A stretch of DNA of 64,000 nucleotides from Mobula hypostoma (taxonomy: Eukaryota), in NCBI RefSeq assembly GCF_963921235.1, contig NC_086097.1, positions 18,044,001-18,108,000 of the forward strand, in the 5' to 3' direction. Shown in pieces: positions 11,572-24,694 of this stretch; position 1 is the first letter of the stretch; every line of letters begins with the position of its first letter. The notes below the pieces were generated by a model. It ran no database searches. It was given only the letters and a program-made list of their open reading frames with translations, and was not told where the DNA came from. The position numbers and the translations under genes were made by a program.

Positions 11572-11599
11572 AATATTTTACTGCAGGCAGTTTGAACTC

Positions 11600-11842
11600 C
11601 GGGCAGGTTGGTGGAAATACATATTTACCAAGGGAGGTGTAAGGCGCTCCTTCCCTCCACTAACCTGTAGGTCACCCTTGGAAAAGGTGTAGCACCTGCT
11701 TTGCTCCCTGATCAGGGTCACGTGAAGCCACGAGATCAGGTGGTGGATGGTCGTATGAACAGCTGATGCACATCACAAGTCTTGGTTATACAACCACTGA
11801 CGACAGGCAGACATTCCCTGAAGAGTATTGATAATGGCTGGG
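11600..11842 (+). mobile_element. RTE-derived non-autonomous element, 3' part missing
   Basis: Homologous to 32816-33040 (gaggtgtaaggcgctccttccctcc...gaagagtattgataatggctggg). Confidence 0.7.
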
Positions 11843-12412
11843 CAAACACGAGGAAATCTACAGATGCTGGAAATTCAAGCAACACACATAAACAATGCTG
11901 GTGAATGAAGCAGGCCAGGCAGCATCTATAGGAAGAGGTACAGTCGACGTTTCGAGCCGAGACCCTTCGTCAGGACTAACTGAAAGAAAAGATAGAAAGA
12001 GATTTGAAAGTGGGAGGGGGATGGGGAGATCAGAAATGATAGGAGAAGACCGGAGGGGGAGGGATGGAACTGAGAGCTAGAAAGTTGATTGGCAAAAGGG
12101 ATACAAGGCTGGAGAAGGGAGAGGATCATGGTATGGGAGGCCCAGGGAGAAAGAAAGGGGAGGGGAGCCCAGAGAATGAGCAAGGAGTTATAGTGAGAGG
12201 GACAGAGGGAGAAAAAAAAAAGAGAAATAAATAAATAAGGGATGGGGTAAGAAGGGGAGTAGGGACATTAACGGAAGTTAGAGAAGTCAATGTTCAGGCC
12301 ATCAGGTTGGAGGCTACCCAGACAGAATATAAGGTGTCGTTCCTTCAACTTGAGTGTGGCTTCATCTTGACAGTAGAGGAGGCGGTGGATAGACATATCA
12401 GAATGGGAATGG
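11843..12412 (-). mobile_element. PLE 3' end (GIY-YIG C-terminus and terminal repeat)
   Basis: Minus strand encodes SHSDMSIHRLLYCQDEATLKLKERHLIFCLGSLQPDGLNIDFSNFR*, homologous to the 60062-60382 ORF; followed by a pyrimidine-rich repeat and a hammerhead. Confidence 0.85.
11942..11977 (-). ncRNA. Minimal type-I hammerhead ribozyme motif (intact core)
   Basis: Reverse complement AGUC-CUGACGA-A-GGGU-CUCG-GCUC-GAAAC-GUC-GACU; one extra G-U wobble in helix II. Confidence 0.78.
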
Positions 12413-12790
12413 GACTTTTCTCAGCCTTCGCAGGAAGTAGAGATGCTGCTGGGCTTTCTTTGCTATGGAGCTGGTGTCGAGGGACCAGGTGAGATTCTCT
12501 GCCAGGTGAACACCAAGAAATTTGGTGCTCTTAACGATCTCTTCGGAGGAGTCGTCGATGTTCAGCGGAGAGTGGTTGCTCCGTGTCCTCCTGAAGTCAA
12601 CAACCATCTCTTTTGTTCACATTCAGAGACAGGTTGTTGGCTCTGCACCAATCCATTAGCCGCTGCACCTCCTCTCTGCATGCTGACTCATCGTTCTTGC
12701 TGAGGAGACCCACCACGGTCGTGTCATCGGTGAACTAGATGATGTGGTTCGAGCTGTGTGTTGCAGCACAGTCGTGGATCGGCAGAGTAT
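12413..12790 (-). mobile_element. Rex-Babar LINE RT fragment
   Basis: MVVDFRR..KFLGVHLAENLTWS..KKAQQHLYFLRRL remnant. Confidence 0.8.
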
Positions 12791-14091
12791 AGTCATAGTC
12801 ATAGTTATAGTCATACTTCATTGATTCCGAGGGAAATTGATTTTCGTTACAGTTGCCCCAACCAAGAATAGGGTATAAAATAGAGCATTGATTAGTGTAA
12901 GACTTCTAATATAACACAAGGGCAATTTCCCCACCCCTTTTGTGGGTGCACCGTGGTCTGGAAAAATGTTGTTTCACTTGATTGTATATATATGTACAGT
13001 AAGACGATGAACTTGACTTATAGTCTTTTTATTGTTGACCTCTGCAAGAAAAAAGTGTGTGAGTTATTGCGAACTTGTAAGCATAAACCTGTTGACATAC
13101 AGACCTAGCTTTTACAACTATTGCACAAGGGGAATCCAGATGTGAAAGTATTCATGATCTGTACAACTTAACAAATATCATAACTGACGGACAGAAAATC
13201 ACATGGGTTGTAGATCAGATAAGCCTTCTTTCACTTTCAAATCCTCCAGGTGTTCTCCATGTATCCAAATTTCCATGCAGATAATGTTAAATTATTAAAA
13301 GCGTATATTTGTCAAAAATTTATGTGAAATATTTATGGGAAATTGTAAGCAATACATGAAACTTTAGAAGGGGGAGGGACATGTTACTTTATCAGCTGTC
13401 AAAGCTCCTCTGAATTTCTTAAGCCATTCTCTTCACTTTGTGGAACAGTTGCATTGGTCACTGATAAGAGCCTGGTGTAAAGTGTAAAATGTCTATGTGT
13501 AAGATTGGATTTGAGCACTGTCACACTTAATTCAGCTTTGGGACTGCAAGGAAGAAGAGCTTCATTTACTAGTGATACTGGACATCTCTGGAACCTCCTC
13601 TAAAAAGCCTGGTTTACATTGAGTTGGATGCATGCCCTCAGAAAGCTATTGTTCTGTGATGCAGTGCAATAGCACATTCTATCAACATGCCGTTCCAGAG
13701 AGCTAGTTCTCTGCAGATGAGTATTAATTTGTCAGCTCATTAACTATCTAATTGGCTTCTCGTTGAAATTATTATCAACCTTCATATGATATTTGAACTC
13801 CCCCTTCTATAACAGAGCCCCATTATCCATTATACTATTTTTCACTTGCTCATATGGTCAAGACCTCAGCTTAATATCTCTACCTTAGGTATCACTGAGT
13901 ATCAGTAGCTACTTCCATCTGTGGAGGTAAGACTTGCAAGTAGACAGAAAACCAGCAAGTAAATTTAACAATCCTACTTTTCATCCATGTCCGCCCCGAT
14001 TCTTTGACGTAGAAAATCTTACATTAATGTGGAGTATGAGACAGTTCAAGCTTTGTAATATGTCAAGTATTTCTCAGAGATCCAAGACCTA

Positions 14092-14570
14092 GGCGCCACT
14101 GTAGTACAGCTAGTAGAGCTGCTGCCTCACGTTTCCAGCGATGCAGCTTAATTCAGACTTCCAGAGCTGTCGGTGTGGAGTTTGCACGTTCTCCCTGTGA
14201 CGACACGTCTTTCTTCTGGACGCTCTAGTTCTTTCTCACATCGTAAGAATGTACAAATTGGTAGATTAGTTAGTTTGTTTGTTTTGTGCTGTGTCGTATG
14301 ACATGGGTGATCATGGTCTTTCCATGACCATGATTGATCTTGGCAGTTTTTTCTACAGAAGTGGTTTGGCGTTGCCTTCTTCTGGGGGTAGATTAAGTAG
14401 GAACTGTAAATTGGGCCTAGTGTGTAAGTAAAGTGGTGACGGTAGAATCTGGGATCTGAGAGGAATCTGGGAAGGATAAAATGGGAGAAGTGTAAGTGGG
14501 TGTTTGATAGTTGGTGTGGATTCGTTGGAATGATAATTCTGTTTCTGTGCTGAATAGCTCTAAGGCTCTA
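14092..14570 (+). mobile_element. V-SINE carrying an antisense RTE-tail insert (~14281-14388)
   Basis: tRNA-like head and V-domain gtggagtttgcacgttctccctgtgac; the insert is the reverse complement of ~33062-33162. Confidence 0.7.
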
Positions 14571-14959
14571 CCGTAGGTTATGCATAATGCAAAGGATATC
14601 AGTGGCTCAACACGTCATGATTGTTTAACGTTATTTCCAGTGCACAAGCGTGAAGGAGAACAAAATAATTGTTACTCTAGATCTGACATTCAAGATGGCA
14701 TCAGTGACCAACACAACCAAAGCTGACATCCTGCAGACAGCTCACAAAATGACTTCTTCTTCCTTTATATATGCTTCTTCTCCTGAACTGCAATGAACTG
14801 CAGCCCTTAATCTCCATTTTGATGATGTATATTTGGGCCGACTGAGTGATCTGGTGCTTTTCCTGTTTCTGGGTGATTTCGACCAGGTTGGGAGCAAAGT
14901 GCGTGTCCATCGTTTCATCATAGCACCATTACTCCTCGCCGATTAAAGCGCGGAGTAAG

Positions 14960-16810
14960 GCTGAACTTGACGAGGATGAGAGCTGAAGGCAAGTGGGTAT
15001 TCAGTGCTGTCTGTCTGTGTTTGACTAGTTTGACTGCTGCCAGAGGAAGGTACGGGAATCGTGGGCTCCAGGCTGCAAGGTCTGATCGTGGCTCGTGGCT
15101 GTGGGACTCACACGTGTACTTTGATAATAGAAAAATGACTTTACTTGATGTTTAACATCTTCAGCATTGAATGCACTCTACAGCTGTGGACTTGTTTTTT
15201 GGAGACCTCTGCAGTTCATGTTCCATGTGTTTCTGGTTACTCTTTTTTGATTTCTGCATGATTTGATCGAGGTGCTTTGACGTGGAACTGTCTCTGTTTC
15301 TGAGGCCTGCACTTTGACACAGTGCTAAACTGAACTGACACAGTGGCTGTCACTCCGAGACAGTTTCAAGGACATGAACGTTTGATGTTTAATATAAGAA
15401 CATAAGAAATAGGAACAGGAGTAAGCCATCCGGCCCATCGAGCCTGCCCTGCCATTCAATAAGATCATGGCTGATCTGTCCGTAAACTCAGCTCCATCTA
15501 CCTGCCTTTTCCCCATAACCCTTAATTCCCTTACTATGTAAAAACCTGTCTAACTAAATATATTTAGTGAAGAAGCCTCAACTGCTTCCCCAGGCAAAGA
15601 ATTCCACAGATTCACCACTCTCTGGGAAAAGCAGTTTCTCCTCGTCTCCGTCCGAAATCTTCTCCTCTGAATCTTGAGGCAATGTCCTCCAGTTCTAGTC
15701 TCACCTACCAATGGAAACAACTTTCCTACCTCTATCTTATCTATCCCTTTCAAAATTTTGTATGTTTCTATAAGATCCCTTCTCATTCTGAACTCCAGAG
15801 AGTATAGTCCCAGGCGACTCAATCTCTCCTCATAGGTTAACCCCTTCATTCCTGGAATCAACCTGGTGAACCTCCTCTGCACTGCCTCCAAAGCCAGTAT
15901 ATCCTTCCTCAAGTATGGAGACCAGAACTGCACACAGTACTCCAGGTGCGGCCTCACCAGTACCCTGTATAGTTGCAGCATGACCTCCCTGCTCTTGAAT
16001 TCAATACCTCTAACATTCCGTTTGCTTTCTTAATAACCTGTTCTACCTGCAAGTCAACTTTTTGCCATTCATGCACAAGCACACCCAAGTCCCTCAACAC
16101 AACAGCATGCTGCAATCGTTCACCATTTAAATAATAATCTATTATTCTATTATTCCTTGCAAAGTGGATGATCTCGCATTTACCAACGCTGTATTCCATC
16201 TGCCACACCTTGGCCCGCTCACTTAACTTATCTACATCCCTCTGCAGACTCTCCACATTCTCTGTAAAATTTGCTTTTCCACTCAGTTTAGTGTCATCAG
16301 CAAATTTTGCTACGCTACACTCATTCCCCTCTTCCAAATCATCAATGTAAATGGTAAACAGCTGTGGGCCCAGCACCGACCCCTGCGGCACCCGACTCAC
16401 CACTGACTGCCAACCGGAGAAACACCCATTTATACCAACTCTCTGCCTTCTATCGGTTAACCAATCCACTATCCATGCCAATACACTTCCTCCGACTCCA
16501 TGCATCCGTATCTTATTTATAAGTCTCTTGTGCGGCGCCTTATCGAACGCCTTCTGGAAATCCAAGTATACAACACCCACCTGTTCTCCTCTATCCACTG
16601 CACTCATTATGTCCTCAAAGAACTCCAGTAAGTATGATTCTGTGTGTTATTCGCTCGCTTTTTGCTGTTTGCATGATTCTTTTTTTCACATGTTGGGTGT
16701 TTAATGTTTTCTTTCGATCAGTTCCATGGTGTTTCTTTGTTTTGTGGCTGCATGCAGGAAGACGAAAGGTTGTATATTGTATACATACTTAGGTAGTACT
16801 TTAAAACTTT
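14960..16810 (+). mobile_element. Non-coding LINE-derived element split by a CR1 insertion
   Basis: Flanks 14960-15394 and 16631-16810 join to match the uninterrupted copy at 17780-18280. Confidence 0.65.
15395..16630 (-). mobile_element. CR1 LINE, 5'-truncated, RT domain and 3' UTR
   Basis: ORFs 15954-16607 (YLDFQKAFDK, VPQGSVLGP, KFADD) and 15550-15981 (LVRPHLEYCVQFWSP); terminal (ttcttatg)-type repeat. Confidence 0.93.
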
Positions 16811-17720
16811 GATGCTGCACACAAAAAAACATAAGCTAAAGAACACAATAATAACAAACACAAGAAATACATTAGATAGCTAATATACATAGATTGATTA
16901 TATATCCATAAAGTGGCACTAGACACAGCAGTGACTGCATATAAGGTGACTCTGACAGGAAAAGATAAAGTAATGGTAATAGGGGTGTGGCGTGGTGGGT
17001 TAGTGGGTGGAGGTATTGATCAGCCTTACTATCTAAAGAAAGTAACTCTTTCTGAGTCTGATGGTCCTGGTGTGGATGCTACGTAAACTCCTCCCTGATG
17101 GGAGGACAAGCAGTCCAGGAACAGTGTGGGTGGGATCCTTCATGGCATTACTGGCCCTTTTCTGGCACCTTTCTGAATATACGTTCCTTATGGCAGGTAG
17201 GCTGGTGGGCTGGAGATGGAGTGAACAGTTGACACTTGCAAGTAAAGAGTATCTCTTTAAAATGCAGTTTATCATAATGCTTCTACACTATCCATTATGC
17301 AAAGCAGCGTCCCCTTTGTAGACCTTATCCGCACTTGTTGCCGCCTCGGGAAAGAAGCCAAGGATGCCTCCCATCCTGGTCATTCTCCCTTCACCTCTCT
17401 CCTGTCAGGCAGAAGATAGAAAAGCTTGTGAGCCACTAGGTTCAAGAACAGCCACGTCTTACCATCAGACTCTAGAACAGACTTCTCATCTGCCTTAGAA
17501 TGAACTCTTGATCTGCCCATTGACTTCATCACGGTCCTTGAGTGTTATTTGTCTACCTGCACTGCACTTTCTCTCTCACTATAACACTATGTTCTGTATG
17601 GTGTTTTCATTTTTACTCTCAGTGTGCTTGTGTATAGAATGATCTGTCAGCAGGCATACAAGCAAAAGTTTTTCCACTGTATTTCAGTACATGTGATGGT
17701 AACAAACCAACACCGCTAAA
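16811..17720. mobile_element. Two decayed Rex-Babar 3' fragments in opposite orientation
   Basis: LPSGR motif on the minus strand at ~17040-17200 and on the plus strand at ~17350-17460, each with a 3' UTR. Confidence 0.6.
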
Positions 17721-17779
17721 TGAAGGGGGTTCCCCTAATTTCAAGCTTGTTTGTGGAGGAAAGGTAATAAACAAGGCAC

Positions 17780-18280
17780 AGAAAGAGTGTGAAGGTGGCA
17801 ACAAGGTGGCAAACAGCTCTGTTCCTCTCGTTCACTGCTGCCAGAGGAGGGTGCAGAAATCTTGGGTCTTGGGCAAGGTTTGATCAACATGGTTTGTGGA
17901 TTGGACTAGTCTTTAGAGGACTCTGCAATTCATATTACATGTGTTCCTGGTTTCTGGTAACACATTTTTATAGCTTTCTTTTAATTGTAGATGCAGACTT
18001 GCTCTGTGGCCTGCAATCAATGAACGACACAAGCTGAATTGAACTACACTGAGTATTCCTCGACTGTTTCAAGGACTCTGCCATTTGATGTTTAATTTTT
18101 TTTATGTGTTATTCGCTTGTTTCTTGCCGTTTCTTAATTTGTTATTTTTTCACGTTGGGTCCTTGATGTTTTCTTTGAATGGTTTTCACGGTGTTTCTTT
18201 GTTTCGTGGCTTCCTGCAGGAAGACGAATCTCCTACTGCATATATACTTTGATAATACATGTACTTGAAATCTTTGCAAC
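17780..18280 (+). mobile_element. Non-coding LINE-derived element
   Basis: Homologous to 14960-15394 plus 16631-16810 (actgctgccagagga, gcaggaagacgaa blocks). Confidence 0.65.
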
Positions 18281-18920
18281 TTTGAAGAATAAACCAAGGC
18301 AGAACATAGTACGTAAGAATTTTGCAGCAAAGTACAGGGACTCTGGCCCAAAATGTGTTAACTTTTTAACCTACTCTAATATCAATCTAATCTTTCTCTA
18401 TTTTCATCTATGTGCCTCTTATGGTTTCTCTTAAATGCCCCTAATGTATCTGACTCGACCTGAGTCCCTGGCAGGGCTTTCCAATCTCTCACAACACTCT
18501 GTGTAAAAAACTTATCTCTGACATTCCCTCTGCCCATTCCCCCATACTTTGCTCTAACTACTTTAAAAGTATGCCCAGAGTACTGGGGAATTTTGTTCTA
18601 AACTAGTGACACCACAGGGGTCAGCATTTGTGGAATAAAACATGTCACTGAGGAAGATTACAATGAAATCATCACAGATTTTGTCACCACTGGATCATAA
18701 TCCTAGAATGTCTTATTCTCCTCTCTGACACAAATGGGATTCCTGTGATGACTTCACCAACACCATACGAACTGCAGCTTTTCAAGAAGTTACCTCCTCA
18801 TCACATTCTCAAGGCACTCAAAGGATGAAGAGTCTATTATAAACAAGAGAAGTTCTGTAGATGCTGCAAATCCAGAGCAATACACACAAAATGCTGGTGG
18901 AACTCACTGGGTCAGGCAGT

Positions 18921-19478
18921 ATAGAAACCATAGAAACTACAGCACAGAAACAGGCCTTTTGGCCCTTCTTGGCTGTGCCAAACCATTTTCTGCCTAGTCC
19001 CACTGACCTGCATACGGACCATATCCCTCCATACACCTCCCATCCATGTATCTGTCCAATTTATTCTTAAATGTTAAAAAAGAACCCGCATTTACCACCT
19101 CGTCTGGCAGCTCATTCCATACTCCCACCACTCTCTGTCTCTCTGTGTGAAGAAGCCCCCCCTAATGTTCCCTTTAAAGTTTCCCCCCCTCACCCTTAAC
19201 CCATGTCCTCTGGTTTTTTTCTCCCCTTGCCTCAGTGGAAAAAGCCTGCTTGCATTCACTCTATCTATACCCATCATAATTTTATATACCTCTATCAAAT
19301 CTCCCCTCATTCTTCTACACTCCAGGGAATAAAGTCCTAACCTATTAAACCTTTCTCTGTAACTGAGTTTCTCAAGTCCCGGCAACAACCTTGTAAACCT
19401 TCTCTGCACTCTTTCAACCTTATTTATATCCTTCCTGTAATTTGATGACCAAAACTGAACACAATACTCCAGATTCGG
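18921..19478 (-). mobile_element. CR1 3' fragment inserted in a PLE terminal repeat (18841-18920 and 19479-19540)
   Basis: ORF 19092-19409 QRRFTRLLPGL..LGLYSLE; PLE sequence gggtcaggcag|atctatggaaatgaataaac resumes across the insert. Confidence 0.85.
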
Positions 19479-19836
19479 GATCTATGGAAATGAATAAACA
19501 GACGATGTTTCATGTTGAGATCCTTCTTCCAGACAGTTTCTTGTTAGTCCTTCATCCCACAGATTGCAAACACTAAATTTAAGTTTTGCATGTTACATGA
19601 TTTAGGTGACAGGCAAGGTAGACAGAAGAGTTTAATCATTATCTTGTCAAAAATGTTCCAATAAAAGAGCGTTAAGGGCGGGCAACTGAAGTCATAATGC
19701 AGCATTTCAACCTGAAATATCAGTCGTTTGTCACCTACCGCAGGTGCTGCTCGACCTGCTGAGTTCCTCCAGCAGATTGTTTATTGCTTTAATTACAATT
19801 GCATGTGATCCCATTTTTGAACACCTTGCTGTTTGT

Positions 19837-19850
19837 CCAGTAGATGGCAG
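19837..19850 (+). promoter_or_regulatory. CTCF-binding motif
   Basis: CCAGTAGATGGCAG matches the CTCF core consensus. Confidence 0.45.
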
Positions 19851-21522
19851 TGAAGGTTTACTTATGTCCAGACGCAAGTAAAGCTGTATGTAGAATTGTT
19901 GCAGATTGTGTGTATTATTCCCCTCTGGTTCTTCATCCTTGGAATATATCAAGGTCAAGATGGATGACAGGTCAGAAGCTTGGACAGAAGCAACAAAAGA
20001 ATAAAGGATTGATTAAGATGGAAAAATTAAAATATTAAATAAAGCTAAACATAAATATAAAAAGACAGTAATATAGTCTATCAATATTTGAAAAGGAAAA
20101 ATTAGCAAGCCAATTGTTGGTTCTAAAGAGGAACAATCTGCAGAATTAATAATAAGATACAAAGAGATGGCAACTAAATTAAATCAGTCATTACTTCAGA
20201 GCCCCCTTACGTAAACCCATGACCCCTAAAAGGGCATAGGCCACCAACAGCATCTTGCTAGAGTCTTGTGTCTTGGTGTAGCCCATGAGGTCCTTGGAGC
20301 TCCTTTTGCAGTTTCTGTAGCTCTAGGTTTTTACGCTAGCCCCATGCCCAGTCCTCCTCCTTGGGATCTATTGTGTATTGAATATTTCAGCAATATTTGA
20401 GTAACTTTGTAAATACTGTATATTCTTGAATTAAACATTCTTTGGTGCCTACATAATGCAATACAGGTTATATGTAAAAGTATGGGGACGACTAATGTCA
20501 CCATGCCACCATGTCATTTGTGTGTGCTGCACTATAGTAAGAATGAAATAGACACATGGATGAAATTCCCAAGTTCATAAACAGTGAGTACTGGGTGATA
20601 ATAATAATAAAGAAAGAAAGAAAAAGCATAAATGGCTGGCTTCATCAGAAAAATAGACATGCTTGATTGCATAACAGATAACTGGATTTTGTATAAAAGA
20701 GCAAATTGAACAGTATTTTAAAGCAAATGAAGTAGCGAATGAGAAACAAGTGCCAGTGTTACTGAATGCATTGGGTGGGAAGGTATGCAGTTTGTTTTGA
20801 AGTTTGACTGCTCCAACCAAACCAGCCAAAATGAGCTTTGCTGATATTGCGAAAGTAATGCAGGAACGTTTAGAACTGAAACCTTTTTGCTAGCAGAATG
20901 CTTTAGGTTTCATAAGTGGAATCAAAAGGAATGAGAGTCCATTTCAGCTTATGTGGCTGAATTGAAAAAATGTCTGAGCATTGTCATTTCAGTGAAGAGC
21001 TTAATGATGCACTGACAAATTGCTTAGTTTGTGGAAGGAGGAGAAGGTGGTGACGCGACGCAGCTTGCGCGGCCTCTCCGGTGAATGATATCTGTAATCT
21101 GTCAAGTAGGGTGCCATGCACAATTCTGATTTGATGGAGACAGACGTGAGAGAACGGAGGAACATCTGGAGAAACTTCTGAAATGTCTTTTTCACTGCCG
21201 CTGTTGCTGTGTGATCCAGATTCTCTGAAGGGAAGGCCGCGAATCCTTGGCTTTGCTTGTTGCTCGGCGGTCAGGACAGGGTCGAAGCGCTCGGCAGAGA
21301 TGGTGCTTGGTGCTCAGTGTCGAAGGGCTGGTCGGAGGCTCAATGTTTCTGGACAGACTCAGGGTCGGCTGTGGTTGGGTGCTTCCAATGCATCGACAGT
21401 TGTCGGTACCTGGAGGTTTATTCCAGAGAGAGTTTCTCCCTTCTGCCGCCTGCTATCGGTGAATATTGGGAGTCGATTGGAAGTTTGAGACTTATTTTTA
21501 CTGTTCCCATGGTCCGCTCTTT

Positions 21523-24500
21523 CTTTCTTTTTAAATCTTTTTATTGAATAAGTATACCAAAAGGTAAGCCATATAAACATTAATACAATGTTAAAATATA
21601 ATAAAATTACAGAAGGTATCAATACCAAAAAAATACTACAAACAATGTAATTTAAACATAAGAAACCAAGATAACATAATAGTATACTAAATTTTATATA
21701 TATATCAATAGAAACCCCCCCCCAAAAAAAAACCCACCGTGCAACTAACTAAAAGCAAAGCAAAGCAATGGGCTAACTTGAAACCAAACAGAGTTAAACT
21801 TAGAATCACGTCCTCAATCCCGACCTCCATTAAAAACAGTGACAAAAAAACAAGAAGGGTATATATTACATTAAATGAAAATATCGAATAAAAGATCCCC
21901 AAATCTGTTCAAATTTAAATGAAGAATCATAAAGGTTACTTCTAATTTTCTCCAGATTCAAACATAATATCGTCTGAGAGAACCAAAAAAAGGTAGTTGG
22001 AGCATTAAGCTCTTTCCAATGTTGTAAAATACATCTTTTCGCCATTAAAGTAAGAAATGCAATCATTCTACGGGCTGAAGGGGAAAGATTACTAGAAATT
22101 TTAGGTAGTCCAAAGATAGCAGTAATAGGGTGAGGAGAGATATCTATATTTAATACCTTAGAAATAATATTAAAAATGTCTCTCCAAAAAGTTTCCAAAG
22201 TAGGGCAAGACCAAAACATATGAGTTAAAGAGGCTATCTGCCCCGAACATCTATCACAAAAAGGATTAATATGCAAGTAAAAACACGCTAACTTATCTTT
22301 GGACTTATGTGCTCTATGAACAACTTTAAATTGAATTAGGGAATATTTAGTGCAAATAGAGGAAGTATTAACTAATTGTAAAATCTGCCCCCAATCATCC
22401 ACAGAAATGGTAAACCCCAATTCCTGTTCCCAATCTACCCTAATCTTATCAAATGGAGCTTTCCTAAGTTTCATAATAATATTATAAATCATAGCCGATG
22501 CACCTTTCTGACATGGATTGAGGTTAATTATCGAATCTAAAATATATGTAGGAGGAAGCATTGGAAAGGAAGAAAGTATAGTACTTAGGAAATTTCTAAC
22601 TTGTAAATATCTAAAAAAATGTATTCTTGATAAATTATATTTATTAGATAGTTGTTCAAAAGACATAAGGGAACCATCTAAAAATAAATCCAAAAACCGT
22701 AAAATACCCTTAGTCTTCCAAGTTTGAAAAGCGCGATCCGTAAAAGAGGGAGGGAAAAAATATGTTACCTAAAATAGGAATCGCTAACCCGAATTGATTA
22801 AGATCAAAAAATTTTCTGAATCGAAACCAAATACGCAAAGCATATTTAACTATCGGGTTAGACACCTGCTTAAGGCGTTTCGAATCAAAAGGGAGAGAGG
22901 AACCTAAAATAGAGCCAAGTGTATAGCCCTGAACAGATTGTAGTTCCAATGCTACCCATTTAGGAATAGATAGTATATCCTGGTCAAGTAACCAAAATTT
23001 CATATGTCGAATATTAATTGCCCAATAATAGAATCTAAAGTTAGGTAATGCTAAACCTCCATCTCTCTTAGCTTTCTGTAAATGTATTTTACCCAGTCTC
23101 GGATTTTTATTCTGCCAAATAAATGAAGAAATTTTAGAGTCAACTTTATCAAAGAAAGATTTTGGAACAAAAATTGGTAATGCCTGAAACACATATAAAA
23201 ATTTTGGCAAAAAAAACATCTTAACTGCATTAATACGACCAATCAAAGTTAAATATAAAGGAAACCATTTAGATGAAAGTTGAGTAATATGGTCTATTAA
23301 TGGTAAAAAGTTAATCTTAAATAAATCTTTATATTTACAAGTAATTTTAATCCCAAGATAAGAAAAATAGTTATCAATCAATTTAAATGGAAATTTATAA
23401 TATAAGGGAAGATGTTTATTAATCGGAAAGAGTTCACTCTTACTAAGATTTAATTTATAACCTGAAAAAAAACCAAATTGTGCTAATAACTCTAAAACAG
23501 CAGGAATGGATTTCTCAGGATTAGAAATATATAAAAGTAAATCATCAGCATAGAGTGATAATTTATGGGACTTTAATCCCCGAGTTATCCCAGTAATATT
23601 TGAAGATTCTCGAATGGCAATTGCAAGAGGTTCTAATGCAATATCAAATAATAGGGGACTAAGAGGACAGCCTTGTCGAGTACCTCGAAAAAGAGGAAAA
23701 AAAGGTGAGTTTAAAGAGTTAGTACGGACCGAGGCTACAGGGGAATGATATAACAGTTTAATCCAGGATATAAATTTCAAGCTAAAGTTAAACATTTCAA
23801 GCACCTTAAATAAATAAGGCCATTCTACTCTATCAAAGGCTTTCTCGGCGTCTAAAGAAATAACACACTCAGGAACATTTTGTGAGGGAGTATAAACGAT
23901 ATTTAACAATGTACGAATATTATAAAAAGAGTAACGACCTTTAATAAAACCCGTTTGGTCTTCCGAAATAATAGAAGGAAGTACTTTTTCTAGTCTATTT
24001 GCTAATAACTTAGAAAAAACTTTAGAATCAACATTTAATAGAGATATTGGTCTATAAGATGCACATTGAGCAGGGTCTTTATCCTTCTTTAATATTAAAG
24101 AAATTGACGCTCTATTAAAAGATTCAGGAAGTTTACCAAGTTTCAGAGAAGCCTCAAAAATCCTACAGAGCCAAGGGATCAATAAAGAAGCAAAACATTT
24201 ATAAAATTCAACGGTAAACCCATCCGGGCCAGGAGCTTTCCCCAAATTCATAGAAAGAATAACATTCTTAATCTCATCCATAGTAATGGAAGTATCTAAT
24301 ATAGAAGACATATCCTGTGAAATCTGAGGGAAGTCTAAATTATCTAAAAAATCATTCATATGTTTAGAATCTCGAGGAGACTCTGATTGATATAAAGAAG
24401 AATAAAAATCACAAAAGGTTTGATTAATCCCCACATGATCCAGTATCAATCGATCATTTTGGTTATAAATCTGATTGATTTGAGATTTAACATAATTAGA

Positions 24501-24694
24501 TTTCAATTGATTAGCCAACAGCTTGCCAATTTTGTCACTGTGAACATAAAATTCACTTCTTGTTTTCTTTAATTGGTTTACAATCGAGGACGAGAGTAGT
24601 AAACTGTGTTCCATTTGAAGTTCAGTTCTTTGTTTGTATAACTCCTCAGAAGGAGCCATAACATATTTCTTATCAATTTCTTTAATCTTGTCCA
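21523..24694 (-). mobile_element. 5'-truncated L1-clade LINE with 17-bp TSD
   Basis: TSD cccatggtccgctcttt at 21506-21522 and 24695-24711; AATAAA and A-rich tail near 21523-21545; TT|AAAG target site on the minus strand. Confidence 0.95.
21866..24694 (-). pseudogene. L1 ORF2 (RT and C-terminal CCHC knuckle), endonuclease domain missing, one frameshift near 22750
   Basis: GKAPGPDG, YRPISLLN, SLDAEKAFD, GTRQGCPLSPLLF, LYADD, YLGI in the 668-aa ORF; CDRC..HMFWSC in the 275-aa ORF. Confidence 0.93.
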
